Positions 1-10,220 of a DNA stretch of 64,000 nucleotides are shown one piece after another. Position 1 is the first letter of the stretch. Each line of letters starts with the position of its first letter. The notes beneath the pieces were generated by a model. That model was not told where the DNA came from. It searched no databases and worked only from the letters and a program-made list of their open reading frames with translations. This stretch comes from Histomonas meleagridis 2922-C6/04-290x. Its lineage: Eukaryota > Protista > Parabasalia. The stretch is from positions 38,743 through 102,742 of the forward strand of contig JAANOX010000220.1 of NCBI GenBank assembly GCA_020184695.1, written 5' to 3'. The translations under genes and the position numbers were made by a program.

Positions 1-2
1 TA

Positions 3-938
3 ACAATTTTATCCAGAAATCAATTTGCTATTATCAAAGATAATAAAATCAAAATGAAAAATGTAAATTTCGAAATCGAATTTTGTCAAAATGGAACAAA
101 TGAAGTTTACATTATTGGCTCTGGATATATTTTAATTATTAATCAATACGAAGAAGAAAAAACATTAAAATATTCACAAAGAATTGGAAATGTTTTACAA
201 ATAATTAAACATAATAACGAATATGTTATTGTCGGATCTGCTTCAACACCAATGAAATTACTTGAAACTCCAATCAAATCAAATGAAAGTCCTTCGTTTT
301 ATGATATGAAAATACTTTCACAACAATATCCGAAAGAATATTTAATGAATTTGTTTGATAAAGAGCCATTTCGAGCTTTTGTCTTAGCTCTATTTAATCA
401 ATGGGAATTACTTCAAACTTCAAATGGTATTAAAGCATTAGTTCCAATATTAAATGAATTACCAATCGAAGCTGCTTCTGAAGTAATGCATTCATTGATA
501 GTACAAAATGACGAAAAAATTATTAACGATGAAAATATATTAAAATCCGAATTTTCAAGAATTTCATTTGTGAAATATCCAAATGACTTAAAGAAATTAT
601 CGAAAATTCAGTTGTTGAACATTTTACCAAAATTAAATGTGACTAAAAATGAAAACGTTACGAAAATTGACAATTTGTCATTAAACTTATTACAAAATGC
701 ACCACATTCAACAGTGGTACCTTCATTAAGACTGAAAGATGGAAAGTTATACGTATTTAACTGTGGCCATATCTTAAACGCAAACGAAATGATGCAAAAT
801 TCAACAATTTTAAAGAAGAAATTGGATGAGAAAAGAATTAACGGTGGCGATGAGATTTTTAAGTCGTTTTTGTTGCCTGTTATACCTTCGCAATGTCCGC
901 GTTGCTTATTACAGAATATAGAAAAATACTTGAACTAA
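3..938 (+). CDS. Probably 5'-truncated protein with a C-terminal degenerate RING-like motif, possibly HOPS/CORVET subunit-like (Vps18/Vps11 type)
   Basis: The frame is open back to the window edge. The C-terminus reads LYVFNCGH...QCPRC, like the split RING of Vps18/Vps11-type proteins. It ends in TAAA. Confidence 0.45.
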   Translation, partial: TILSRNQFAIIKDNKIKMKNVNFEIEFCQNGTNEVYIIGSGYILIINQYEEEKTLKYSQRIGNVLQIIKHNNEYVIVGSASTPMKLLETPIKSNESPSFYDMKILSQQYPKEYLMNLFDKEPFRAFVLALFNQWELLQTSNGIKALVPILNELPIEAASEVMHSLIVQNDEKIINDENILKSEFSRISFVKYPNDLKKLSKIQLLNILPKLNVTKNENVTKIDNLSLNLLQNAPHSTVVPSLRLKDGKLYVFNCGHILNANEMMQNSTILKKKLDEKRINGGDEIFKSFLLPVIPSQCPRCLLQNIEKYLN

Positions 939-1364
939 ATTTTGAATAAATATTGATGTCATTCTTTAATTTTTGTATGTTTTTTACAAAATCATTGAAC
1001 ATTTTCTTGTGTATGTGAATTCTCTGTAAACTCTTTATCAAAAGCTAATCTTTAATTAAAATATCAAATTGTTTTTTATGAATGATTTCATTCTTATCAA
1101 TGATTAATCAAACAATATACTAGGAATTTATTGTAGTTTAAGTTAGCATTGATAGTTTTCATTGTTAGCGAAAATTTATAAATTATGCACTATTCTGTTT
1201 CAGCAACTGGCCAACAAATTGAATAAGTTAACAAAATTTCAATTAACTTTAAAGCTCGTAAAGCTTTTAAGATTTCAATTTTGAAAGCATTCTTTGGAAG
1301 TTTACGTTTGTGACATATTGAAATTTTATCGGATTTTGTTGGTCATTTTTTATCTGAGTCGACA

Positions 1365-2612
1365 ATGTTAAGACCACTTGCAGGAATTGAAAAGGCTTTC
1401 GCTCATCCTTTGTTTCCAGAATGGATGAACTTAGCAATCAAGTTTACAGATCCAAAATATGTTGGAAAGACATTAAGTAATTTTAGGAAAATCTTTGTTG
1501 GCTTAAGGACAAAAGTTGAAGATGAAAAATATATACGTACAACAGATGCTACAGTACAAAAATTGCCAAATTATATTCAGGACTGCAGAACAGCATGCGA
1601 ATGGATTGCTAAAAATCATATGCCAAAAATCACCGAACGTCTTGCTACAATTGCTGCCAACGATCATATCATTGTTGTTAATTCATCTCATGCACTTTCT
1701 GACTCTGGTTTCTTAATTGATGCTATAAATCATGCACTAGATGACAATATCAAAGAACCAGATTTCCCAATTCCAACACACGATGCCTTCAAGCCTGAAC
1801 TTGAACAAGCTGAAAGGGTCAAACCTAAACTTTATCCATATAATCAATGTTCGCATTACATCATTAATATGTCTGATCCACATCTTGCTCCTAAACACAT
1901 CAAGCCTTTCCCAATGGATGACAGAATTCCTGCAGAAAAGCTTCAATGTTACGTTTCCAAAGCAAAACGTCCAAAATCACTTACAGAAGCACTTAGCACA
2001 GCAATTTCACTCACATTAAACGCATATGGCAATCGTCCAGACGCTCCACTTGCTCTTCCAATTATTTTTGATCTTCGTCGATTCATTGATCCATCACGAG
2101 TAGGATGGAATTTCGGAAATTGCGTCTCGGGGCCAAGTATATATGCGATGCAGAAAGAAAATTCAACGATATCTGATATCTATAAAATGTTTCGTAAGTC
2201 ATTAACAGGTTTAATGAACGATGGAATATTTTACGGAGTTGAACATTATCCATATATTTCAGATCCATATAAGATGCATTCGATTTTGTCCAACTTAGGA
2301 CCTGTTAAATTCAAGCATCCAATTGTCGATCTCGAAATCATGTCAATTCCTGACTTGGATGATAGCTTTGGCATTGACCCATCACAAGCAGGCGCTTCAA
2401 TCGGATTCTTTTCTTACTCTAAAGTGTCTCCAAATAAGAATATCATCTGTAACACGTTTAGATTCCAACCAAATATTATGACACGCGAAACTGCAGAAGT
2501 ATTCAAACAATCAATACATTACTTCTTGACACAAATTCCTGCTGACACTAAATATAAAGAAGCATACAATGCAATGAAGAACTTCCAAGAAAAAGTTGTG
2601 AAAGAATTTTAA
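1365..2612 (+). CDS. CoA-dependent acyltransferase-fold protein (alcohol acetyltransferase/condensation-like)
   Basis: 415-aa ORF with an HxxxD catalytic-type motif (VVNSSHALSDSG) and a downstream DLRRF...FGNCV segment typical of this fold. Confidence 0.5.
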   Translation: MLRPLAGIEKAFAHPLFPEWMNLAIKFTDPKYVGKTLSNFRKIFVGLRTKVEDEKYIRTTDATVQKLPNYIQDCRTACEWIAKNHMPKITERLATIAANDHIIVVNSSHALSDSGFLIDAINHALDDNIKEPDFPIPTHDAFKPELEQAERVKPKLYPYNQCSHYIINMSDPHLAPKHIKPFPMDDRIPAEKLQCYVSKAKRPKSLTEALSTAISLTLNAYGNRPDAPLALPIIFDLRRFIDPSRVGWNFGNCVSGPSIYAMQKENSTISDIYKMFRKSLTGLMNDGIFYGVEHYPYISDPYKMHSILSNLGPVKFKHPIVDLEIMSIPDLDDSFGIDPSQAGASIGFFSYSKVSPNKNIICNTFRFQPNIMTRETAEVFKQSIHYFLTQIPADTKYKEAYNAMKNFQEKVVKEF

Positions 2613-2761
2613 ATAAAAAAATATAAATTATTTTAATTTATTGATGATTTTATTAAGTATAAACAAAATTTTTCTTTGGAATATAATAAAATAAAAAAAA
2701 GTTATTATTAACCAAATCTTTATTATAATACACAAGATATTCTGAATTATATTTATCGAAG

Positions 2762-2834
2762 ACCTCCGTAGCTCAACGGTTAGAGCATAGGACTTTTAAT
2801 CCTGGGGTTGCGGGTTCGAGTCCCGTCGAAGGTG
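2762..2834 (+). tRNA. tRNA-Lys (anticodon UUU)
   Basis: Cloverleaf: acceptor ACCTCCG/CGAAGGT, D arm GCTC..GAGC, anticodon arm TAGGA-CTTTTAA-TCCTG, T arm GCGGG-TTCGAGT-CCCGT, discriminator G. Confidence 0.95.
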
Positions 2835-2841
2835 TTTTTTT
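2835..2841 (+). terminator. RNA polymerase III terminator (T7 run)
   Basis: TTTTTTT immediately follows the tRNA 3' end. Confidence 0.8.
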
Positions 2842-2879
2842 GATTTTTCTTCGGGAACTTTTTTAATTAAATTCATTAA

Positions 2880-4079
2880 ATGTCTTCTAATCTAAAACAA
2901 TTTCTTGGCTTTATTTGTTCAAATGACCAAGATGTTCGTGACCGTAGTGCAAAGTTTTTAATCACAACTTCAATTTTACATCCAGAAATTATTATTTCTA
3001 ACATCCAAGAAATCCATTTTTTAATCTTAACTCATTGCCATACTAATGAACCTAATTGGGGAACAATCTCTTCTATAATCATGGCACTCACAAATGCTAT
3101 ATTTCTTTCTTCAACTTTAACACAAGAAACACTTGTCTTATTAATCAAAATATCTTATGATATAACGCATTCTTTCCTTCACACTACTTCACCAGACCAC
3201 TTTTTTAGACCTCATATGTATCCATTTATTGATGCAATTGAACAGAAAATACAAAATGGCTTCAAGATGAACCTTGATATATTACTTGCTATTTGCGATC
3301 ATTGCGCAATTGGCTTTGCACCATACACCACAATGATTCCCATTTTATTCAAGAAATTTGATGAAATAGAACAAATCATATTAACATGTGATGCTTCATA
3401 TTACCAGCGTTTAACTGCTCCTATCGAATCACCTGAAATAGAAATTGTATTCTTTTTCATTTCTATGTGGGTAATTATCATCAAAGATTTAATCACTCGT
3501 CCACGCCTTATTCAAGCATTAATGCGTCATTCTAAGCAACTCCTTGAACTTTCTAATAGCGTCGATCCTACAATGTCTAAGCCTGCACAATTTCTACTTG
3601 ATTGCGTGAAAGCTCTTTCTCCTCAAGTCGGTGAAATCAAACGAATTTCAGAAGAAATGCGACCACAGCTTCTCAATTTAATTGAGATCAGAATGAATTC
3701 AAATATTGATGAGATAACCGCTCGAATCAAAAAGTCGAAAGAAAAGCCTAAAGTTTATTCTGTGTATAGAGCTAATGCTAAAGTTCTATCAAAGAAAGGA
3801 AGGAAGACATCTTGGAAGAGTTATGAACTTGTTCTTATTGAAGAGGCAAATATATTAATGTGGACTGATAATAAAGCACAATTACATGATGGAACTGCAG
3901 TACACATGACAGAAATAATGAACGCGGTTGTGCTTCCACCTGGAAAAAAGGAAATGGACAAGGAAAATGTTATCAAATTTGATACAAAGAAGGGCGCAGA
4001 ATATGCTATTTCATTCAAAACGCACCAAGAAGCAATACAATGGCACACATTGATATCAAAGCTTCTGGTTTCTTTGTAA
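2880..4079 (+). CDS. Helical-repeat protein with a C-terminal PH-like domain
   Basis: 399-aa ORF. The C-terminus has KKGRKTSWKSYELVL...AISFKTHQEAIQWHTLI, a PH-domain pattern. Confidence 0.6.
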   Translation: MSSNLKQFLGFICSNDQDVRDRSAKFLITTSILHPEIIISNIQEIHFLILTHCHTNEPNWGTISSIIMALTNAIFLSSTLTQETLVLLIKISYDITHSFLHTTSPDHFFRPHMYPFIDAIEQKIQNGFKMNLDILLAICDHCAIGFAPYTTMIPILFKKFDEIEQIILTCDASYYQRLTAPIESPEIEIVFFFISMWVIIIKDLITRPRLIQALMRHSKQLLELSNSVDPTMSKPAQFLLDCVKALSPQVGEIKRISEEMRPQLLNLIEIRMNSNIDEITARIKKSKEKPKVYSVYRANAKVLSKKGRKTSWKSYELVLIEEANILMWTDNKAQLHDGTAVHMTEIMNAVVLPPGKKEMDKENVIKFDTKKGAEYAISFKTHQEAIQWHTLISKLLVSL

Positions 4080-4193
4080 TTATTAAATCATTAAGCTTGA
4101 GTAAATTGTTAAAATTTAACAGATTTTAAATTTTTACTGTTTTGATAAATGATGAAATGTGATATGAAAGGTACGTTTAAATGAAAGAAAAAA

Positions 4194-5039
4194 ATGAAAG
4201 CAAAAAATACAAATAATCAAGATAATGACAAATTAAAACGATCATTAAGGCTTCGCGCTATGCAAAAGAATGCTGTTGAAAATTTGGATTTTGAAAAAGC
4301 AGAAAAAATTGAAAGAATGATTAAAAATCAAAGAAAAAATAAAATTACTAAAATTAACATTGATATGCTTACAGACAAACTTGAAAGTATTATTTATAAC
4401 TCAGAACAAAATATAGAGAAATTAAAATCACAATCAATAATGAATGAAATCAATTCACGTAGAAAGATAAATACATCATTTGAAGAATTAAAAGAGAAGC
4501 ATAAGCAAGAATTATTCGAATTGATGAAAAAGTATGCAGTTGCTAAAATGCATGAAACGCAAAGAGCAATTCCCAAAAAAGATGAACTTATTTTACAATC
4601 TAAAGGAGCAGGAATGTCTGGAAACTTCCAAGAGGCCAAGCGTCTCCGTGATTTAGCTTATGTCATTGGAGAAACTGATCTAGAGTCAAGACTTGCAAAG
4701 ACAGATATTGATTTCGACAACAACAAAAAAGTATTAATGAAGAAGCAATCAACTGAAATTAAGAATTTAGCTCAAAAGCTAAACTCTGAACTTCTTTCAA
4801 TTAAAGAAAACACAACATTGATGATTGAAAAGGAAAATGAACTTAAAAATGTAAGAATATCATCAATATACTCTCAGGAATTTTCCAAGGATCCAAAAGG
4901 AATAAGAGCATTTAAAGAAATTATGGATAGAAACAACTGCCAAATACCATCTGGACTTATAATACCTGGACAGTTTATTGAAAAGAACATTGAAGTTTCT
5001 CAATCTAGCTCAAAAATTGCAAGAAGAAAAAGTAAGTAA
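4194..5039 (+). CDS. Hypothetical coiled-coil protein
   Basis: 281-aa K/E-rich helical ORF. Confidence 0.65.
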   Translation: MKAKNTNNQDNDKLKRSLRLRAMQKNAVENLDFEKAEKIERMIKNQRKNKITKINIDMLTDKLESIIYNSEQNIEKLKSQSIMNEINSRRKINTSFEELKEKHKQELFELMKKYAVAKMHETQRAIPKKDELILQSKGAGMSGNFQEAKRLRDLAYVIGETDLESRLAKTDIDFDNNKKVLMKKQSTEIKNLAQKLNSELLSIKENTTLMIEKENELKNVRISSIYSQEFSKDPKGIRAFKEIMDRNNCQIPSGLIIPGQFIEKNIEVSQSSSKIARRKSK

Positions 5040-5220
5040 TGCAAAGATAATTCAAAGAGCAATTTGCTTTTTGATTATATACAAATAGTTGAAAATGATT
5101 GTTTTTTTGTTGTTATTAAACTCATTATTTTAAAACTTAATGAAAAATTATTATTATTATATATATTACTTATTTTACACAGTTTTGTATTGAAAACATT
5201 TTATAAAAATATCCAAAAAG

Positions 5221-6345
5221 TTATAAATCTTTACCAATTCTTCGTTTTCCTTCCATTGTTGTGAGAGCTCTAAACAAAAATTGATCAGCAAGCGATGCAC
5301 AAGCAAATGCACCGCCCACAATTGCGCATATAGATTTAATCAATTGCCACAATGAATATGTTGTTTCTGTTGACACAACAGAGAAAGGAGCTATATCAAA
5401 CTGGAAATAAATTCCTGGAACATCTCTTGTCATTGTTTCTGTGATATTCTTTTGAACGAATACAGGTGTGAACTTATACGTATTCACTTCAAACATTCTG
5501 GTGGATATCCATTTAGTTGGAACCACATTTAATCTGTACTTATAACTCATTCTTCCTTTTTGTTTTTGTATAAAAGTAAGCGAGTCAAGTGGATGTTTCA
5601 TCCCTGGAACATTGGCACCGATTTCAAAATAATGAATAGTATGAGAAAGGTTCAATGAGCGAGAAACATGTGAGATATCACGAAGCTTTTTCCCTGCAGG
5701 TTTCGCATCATCAACGGTTGTAAAAAGAAGGGTGCCCCGAACGCGAGGTAACTTAATCATTCCTGAGATAAGACAACTTTCTTTTCCAAAATTAACATAA
5801 CCTTCATCAATGCATTGTTGCCACTTATCCATTGATGAGAGGTCCCATCCTTTGGCTTTAAATGCATCAATGACATCATCACATGTTTGACAACATTGAC
5901 CTTTAGTACCTGCACCATAACAACTACCACAAGTTTGTGGACGTGTTGGTGTGTTATTACGATTTTTGACATTATGTTTTTTGATGCTGATCCATTCTTT
6001 ACTTCCTGTAGCATAACCATTCTCATCAATAGTTTGTTTGCGAATTTCATTGTGGACATTAATTTGTCGATTTCCATCTGAATCATATGCGATTGGTATA
6101 AAATGATTACAAGGTGAATAAATTGTCATATTAAATGTTACTGCCATTGTTCTGTAAATTCCTACGCGTGATGTATCAACAACAATTTCATCATGGAGAC
6201 GTGGAATAAATAATTGTAAAAACTCATGCCAAAATAAAATTGTCATTGCACAAATTGTTAATATCGATAGAACTGCTCCTCCAAATGTCTTAACTTTTAC
6301 GTCTGAATCTGTATACTTTGGAAAAAAATCGAATTTCGTTAACAT
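5221..6345 (-). CDS. ERGIC/Erv41-Erv46 family ER-Golgi intermediate compartment protein
   Basis: Starts MLTKFDFFPKY (ATG at 6345 is more likely than 6411). It has an N-terminal TM, CGSCYGAG...CCQTC, a C-terminal TM and a basic tail (RRIGKDL). Confidence 0.85.
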   Translation of the reverse strand: MLTKFDFFPKYTDSDVKVKTFGGAVLSILTICAMTILFWHEFLQLFIPRLHDEIVVDTSRVGIYRTMAVTFNMTIYSPCNHFIPIAYDSDGNRQINVHNEIRKQTIDENGYATGSKEWISIKKHNVKNRNNTPTRPQTCGSCYGAGTKGQCCQTCDDVIDAFKAKGWDLSSMDKWQQCIDEGYVNFGKESCLISGMIKLPRVRGTLLFTTVDDAKPAGKKLRDISHVSRSLNLSHTIHYFEIGANVPGMKHPLDSLTFIQKQKGRMSYKYRLNVVPTKWISTRMFEVNTYKFTPVFVQKNITETMTRDVPGIYFQFDIAPFSVVSTETTYSLWQLIKSICAIVGGAFACASLADQFLFRALTTMEGKRRIGKDL

Positions 6346-6409
6346 AAGGAACGAAGACCGTTTAATTATGTGGTTGAATGTTTGGGGTGTCCTATAAAAA
6401 GCACTCATC

Positions 6410-9400
6410 ATGCCTCCTAAATCACCATTAGCTGAACAAGAAGCTAAGGATAAAAAAATGATTGACCTTGGGATTAAGGAGGCTCAAAAATTGATAGCAT
6501 CTCAACAATACGAAGAAGCAAATCGAACAATTTCAAGAATTTCACCCCCAAGTTTTAGATTACATTATCATCAATTTGAAGTTGCTATTTTAAAAGCTGG
6601 TTTGGCACTTAAGCAATCAAAATGGACCGAAGCACGTACCACTATTCAAAGTGCTATTAGATTAAAACCAGAAGATCCACTTGCATGGAAACTTTTTATT
6701 CAAATAGATAGTAAAGGTGGCACATCCAAAGATTTAAAGGCAACTATTCAAAATGCCATGCAAAATTCAAAGCATGATAAATCAATCGTTCTAGCAATTG
6801 CGCCATTTCTCAAACAATTTGATGATGACCTTATTACAAATGAATTTATTCATTTTGTTCGTTCCACACCCGATGGCATAAAATTACCAATATCCACATA
6901 TATTCCTGAAACTCCAGAAACGTTAGATTTCCGTATTGAAATTCTTACTCTAGCTGCACAATCTGATCCTGAAGCATGTTCCACTCTCATTCATTTGTAT
7001 CTTGACGAATCTGATCCATTCAAAGCAATTCCTCTATCGTTAACCCTCCCCGAGGGGCACCCCGACCGTCTTTATGTTGAAACATTATTAGGAGATGATC
7101 CTATTGGTTCAGCTCTTAAACATTTTCAAACAGGTTCACCACGTTTTCGTGATTTTCTTCAAGCAGCCAAAGAAGGAAATATCTCCAAACTTAAATCGGA
7201 GATTAGTTTAATACCATCATTTTTATCAGGTCGAATATATATATGTGAACATATTACAGATCCAAAACAACGAATTCAATATATTCATGAATCCCTTACT
7301 AAATTTCCACAATCGAAAAAATTATTAATATTATTATCTCAAGCAAAAGAAGAACTTAATGACATTGATGGATCAATATCAACAATAAAACAAATCCAAC
7401 AACTTGATACAAAACTTGGGCAATCAATGTTATTAGAAATCTTAGTACGACATCAACGTGTTAAAGAAGCAGCCGAAATTCTTAACAATGATAATAACGC
7501 AGAAATTCCAACGTATGAAAAGGCAGTAATTGAATTACAATTATATAAATCTGATAATGATATAAATAGACTTAAGACAATATTACAATTACCAGATGAA
7601 CCGAAACTTTATGGAATTAAAGCCGAATGTGCATATGAACTTCGAAATGAACTTGGCGATAAATGTGAAAGTATTTTTATAAATGCTTTGAAAAATGATA
7701 AAAATAATCCGAATATCTATATAATGTTTGGGAAATATCAACTTACAATTAAGAAGGACATTGAAAAGTATAAATTTTTAATGCAAAAAGCCATCGAATT
7801 AGGATCAACTGATATTGAAGCGTGCGAATTAATTAGTAAAGAATTCATCGGAAAAAATGAACTCGAAAAAGCATTAGAAATATGCGAAAGAGTTGACACT
7901 GAATGGAGTCATTTTCGATCTGGTTTAATACAACAAAGACTTAAACAACATGAAAATGCTGTTCAACAATTCCAAATTACATTAAGATATAATCCGAATT
8001 GTTATGAAGCTTGGAGCTCATTAGGTTATTCTTATATTATATTAGGGAGAATAATGGCTGCGAAAGAAGTCACTGAAGAATTACGGAAGATTGGGAAACC
8101 TGATAAATCATTAGAAAACCAAGTTTCCACATTTTTAGGAAGAACAATTGAAATCAAAGAATTTACATCCGAATATTTTGAGATCGAAACAAATCCATTA
8201 CCATTTTATACTTATTTACAACAAATTATTATATTAATTCGAAGGTTTAAACGATTTGGTCGACTTGAAACATGTAATAAGTTAATTAATAATATAGAAA
8301 ATATAGTTGAAAAATTTGCTCAGAAATGGAATTCATTAAGTTCCGTCTTAAAAATTTGTGGCGATTTTTATGTCGAATGTTTTGATCTTAAAAACGACGC
8401 AAAATATTCATTAAATTCATTTAACTTATATAAGAAAAGAGTTGAACTTGATTTACGAGCCGAAAGTTTTATAGATTTATCACATTCACTTTACTTATTA
8501 AACAAACCTGAAGATGCATTAAATATATTACGTCGAGTTATTAAAACATTTCCAACAAATTCATTGTTATGGATGAATTTGGGGATTTCATTTGCTTTAA
8601 ATAATCGATATCCATTTGCACGACATTGTTTATGTGTATCTTCCAAACTTTCGACTGATATTGAAGCATCACGTTCATTTGGATGTTGTGCAGCTATTGC
8701 AAATCTAATTAATGATGAAGAATTATTTAAACAATCAACAAATATGGCAAGACAATATAACCCTTATGATCCAGATGTTTGGGAATTACTTACTAAGAAA
8801 AGTGACGACGTAAGCAAATTTGACGCTGCGTTAATAGCATTTGAATTCGGATGTACAAAAAATATTTTAGAAATTCTTCCATCACTTTGTTTAAGATCAA
8901 ATCATTTACTTGAAGCTTTAAACTTCGCTTTAATATCTAGAAATAGAAATGATATTTGTCAAGCTTATGAAGCAATTGGCGATTATGAAAACGCATTAAA
9001 ATTCGTCGATGATAATGAAGAAATCAAAAATAAGATTTTGTTGATTGGTAATTATTCATTAAATGAATTTAAAGAATTCGATTTGTATAAAAATAACTCG
9101 TATGAAGACGCCGCGAAGTTATTCGCTGAAAAAGATGATATATATAATCAAATCGCTTACGCTTTATGTTTACATGCAATGAAGAAAAACGATGAAGCAA
9201 TTGAAGTGTTAAATAAAGTGAAAAGTGACGCGCTTTTTCTGGCAAAGCCGATCGATAGGATAATTCTGTCGTTTACGGAAAAGTCGAAAACCGTCGAGTC
9301 GCCGTTTATTGAAAAGGACCCTTTATATTTCTTCCTGAATCAATTAAGAGCAAATACAAGATATGGTGCAGCAAAGGCAACAATAAAAAGATTCCCGTCT

Positions 9401-9679
9401 TCAGATCAGGCAATTAGATTGTTTTTGTATGAAATGTTGAATTGTAAAGTTGAAAATGATGATGATGAAACAAATGATTTTGCACTAACAAAAGCAAGAG
9501 CATTGTTTAAGCAATCACCTTCGAAGGAAACATTAACGCTCCTTGTAATATTTCTAGTGAAATGTACAAAATTTGATGAAGCAAAAGTCGAGTTACAAAA
9601 GCTTTGCGTGTTGTGTCCATCGATAATACCATTGGCAAAGAATTTGCTAATACAAAAACAACGAAATTTTAATGTTTAA
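6410..9679 (+). CDS. Large TPR protein, possibly SKI3/TTC37-like
   Basis: 1089 aa with many TPR-like units (WSSLGYSYIILGR, LWMNLGIS...ARHCL). The size and motif order resemble Ski3. Confidence 0.55.
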   Translation: MPPKSPLAEQEAKDKKMIDLGIKEAQKLIASQQYEEANRTISRISPPSFRLHYHQFEVAILKAGLALKQSKWTEARTTIQSAIRLKPEDPLAWKLFIQIDSKGGTSKDLKATIQNAMQNSKHDKSIVLAIAPFLKQFDDDLITNEFIHFVRSTPDGIKLPISTYIPETPETLDFRIEILTLAAQSDPEACSTLIHLYLDESDPFKAIPLSLTLPEGHPDRLYVETLLGDDPIGSALKHFQTGSPRFRDFLQAAKEGNISKLKSEISLIPSFLSGRIYICEHITDPKQRIQYIHESLTKFPQSKKLLILLSQAKEELNDIDGSISTIKQIQQLDTKLGQSMLLEILVRHQRVKEAAEILNNDNNAEIPTYEKAVIELQLYKSDNDINRLKTILQLPDEPKLYGIKAECAYELRNELGDKCESIFINALKNDKNNPNIYIMFGKYQLTIKKDIEKYKFLMQKAIELGSTDIEACELISKEFIGKNELEKALEICERVDTEWSHFRSGLIQQRLKQHENAVQQFQITLRYNPNCYEAWSSLGYSYIILGRIMAAKEVTEELRKIGKPDKSLENQVSTFLGRTIEIKEFTSEYFEIETNPLPFYTYLQQIIILIRRFKRFGRLETCNKLINNIENIVEKFAQKWNSLSSVLKICGDFYVECFDLKNDAKYSLNSFNLYKKRVELDLRAESFIDLSHSLYLLNKPEDALNILRRVIKTFPTNSLLWMNLGISFALNNRYPFARHCLCVSSKLSTDIEASRSFGCCAAIANLINDEELFKQSTNMARQYNPYDPDVWELLTKKSDDVSKFDAALIAFEFGCTKNILEILPSLCLRSNHLLEALNFALISRNRNDICQAYEAIGDYENALKFVDDNEEIKNKILLIGNYSLNEFKEFDLYKNNSYEDAAKLFAEKDDIYNQIAYALCLHAMKKNDEAIEVLNKVKSDALFLAKPIDRIILSFTEKSKTVESPFIEKDPLYFFLNQLRANTRYGAAKATIKRFPSSDQAIRLFLYEMLNCKVENDDDETNDFALTKARALFKQSPSKETLTLLVIFLVKCTKFDEAKVELQKLCVLCPSIIPLAKNLLIQKQRNFNV

Positions 9680-10220
9680 TAAATATTAGATTATTGAATT
9701 GATTTTAAAACTAATTCAAATATTTTTTATTGGGGAATTATGCAAAGTTTTATATCTTTAAATTTTTATTAATGTATAAATTACCAAAATGTGCAGAATC
9801 GATAATTTCTTCTCCTTCTCCGATAAAAATCCTTGATAAATTTAAATTTTATATATTATTTTCTATTCTTGCATTTGTTTTTCCTTGTGTGAAGAGGACA
9901 TTACAGCCACCAGCACGTTAATTAACTTTTGTGAACAAAATTCTACTATTCAAAAAGTGGTGCAGAGTTCACTTTTGTAAACGATAAAATTTTTAATGAC
10001 CGACTTTTTGACAGTCACGTATGGCCATACAAACATCGTCGTTTAAACGCATTCAATTTAGGACATGCTAAGTGAAAACAACTTTAACCCAGATGAAAAA
10101 CCGTCACAGTATAACCTGAAATTTACCCATTTATCATTCAAAAATTGCCGAAAATTTGGGTGAATTTAATAACCGTTTATTAGAATTTGGGTGTTAATTC
10201 AATTGTCAAGTCATAAATAA

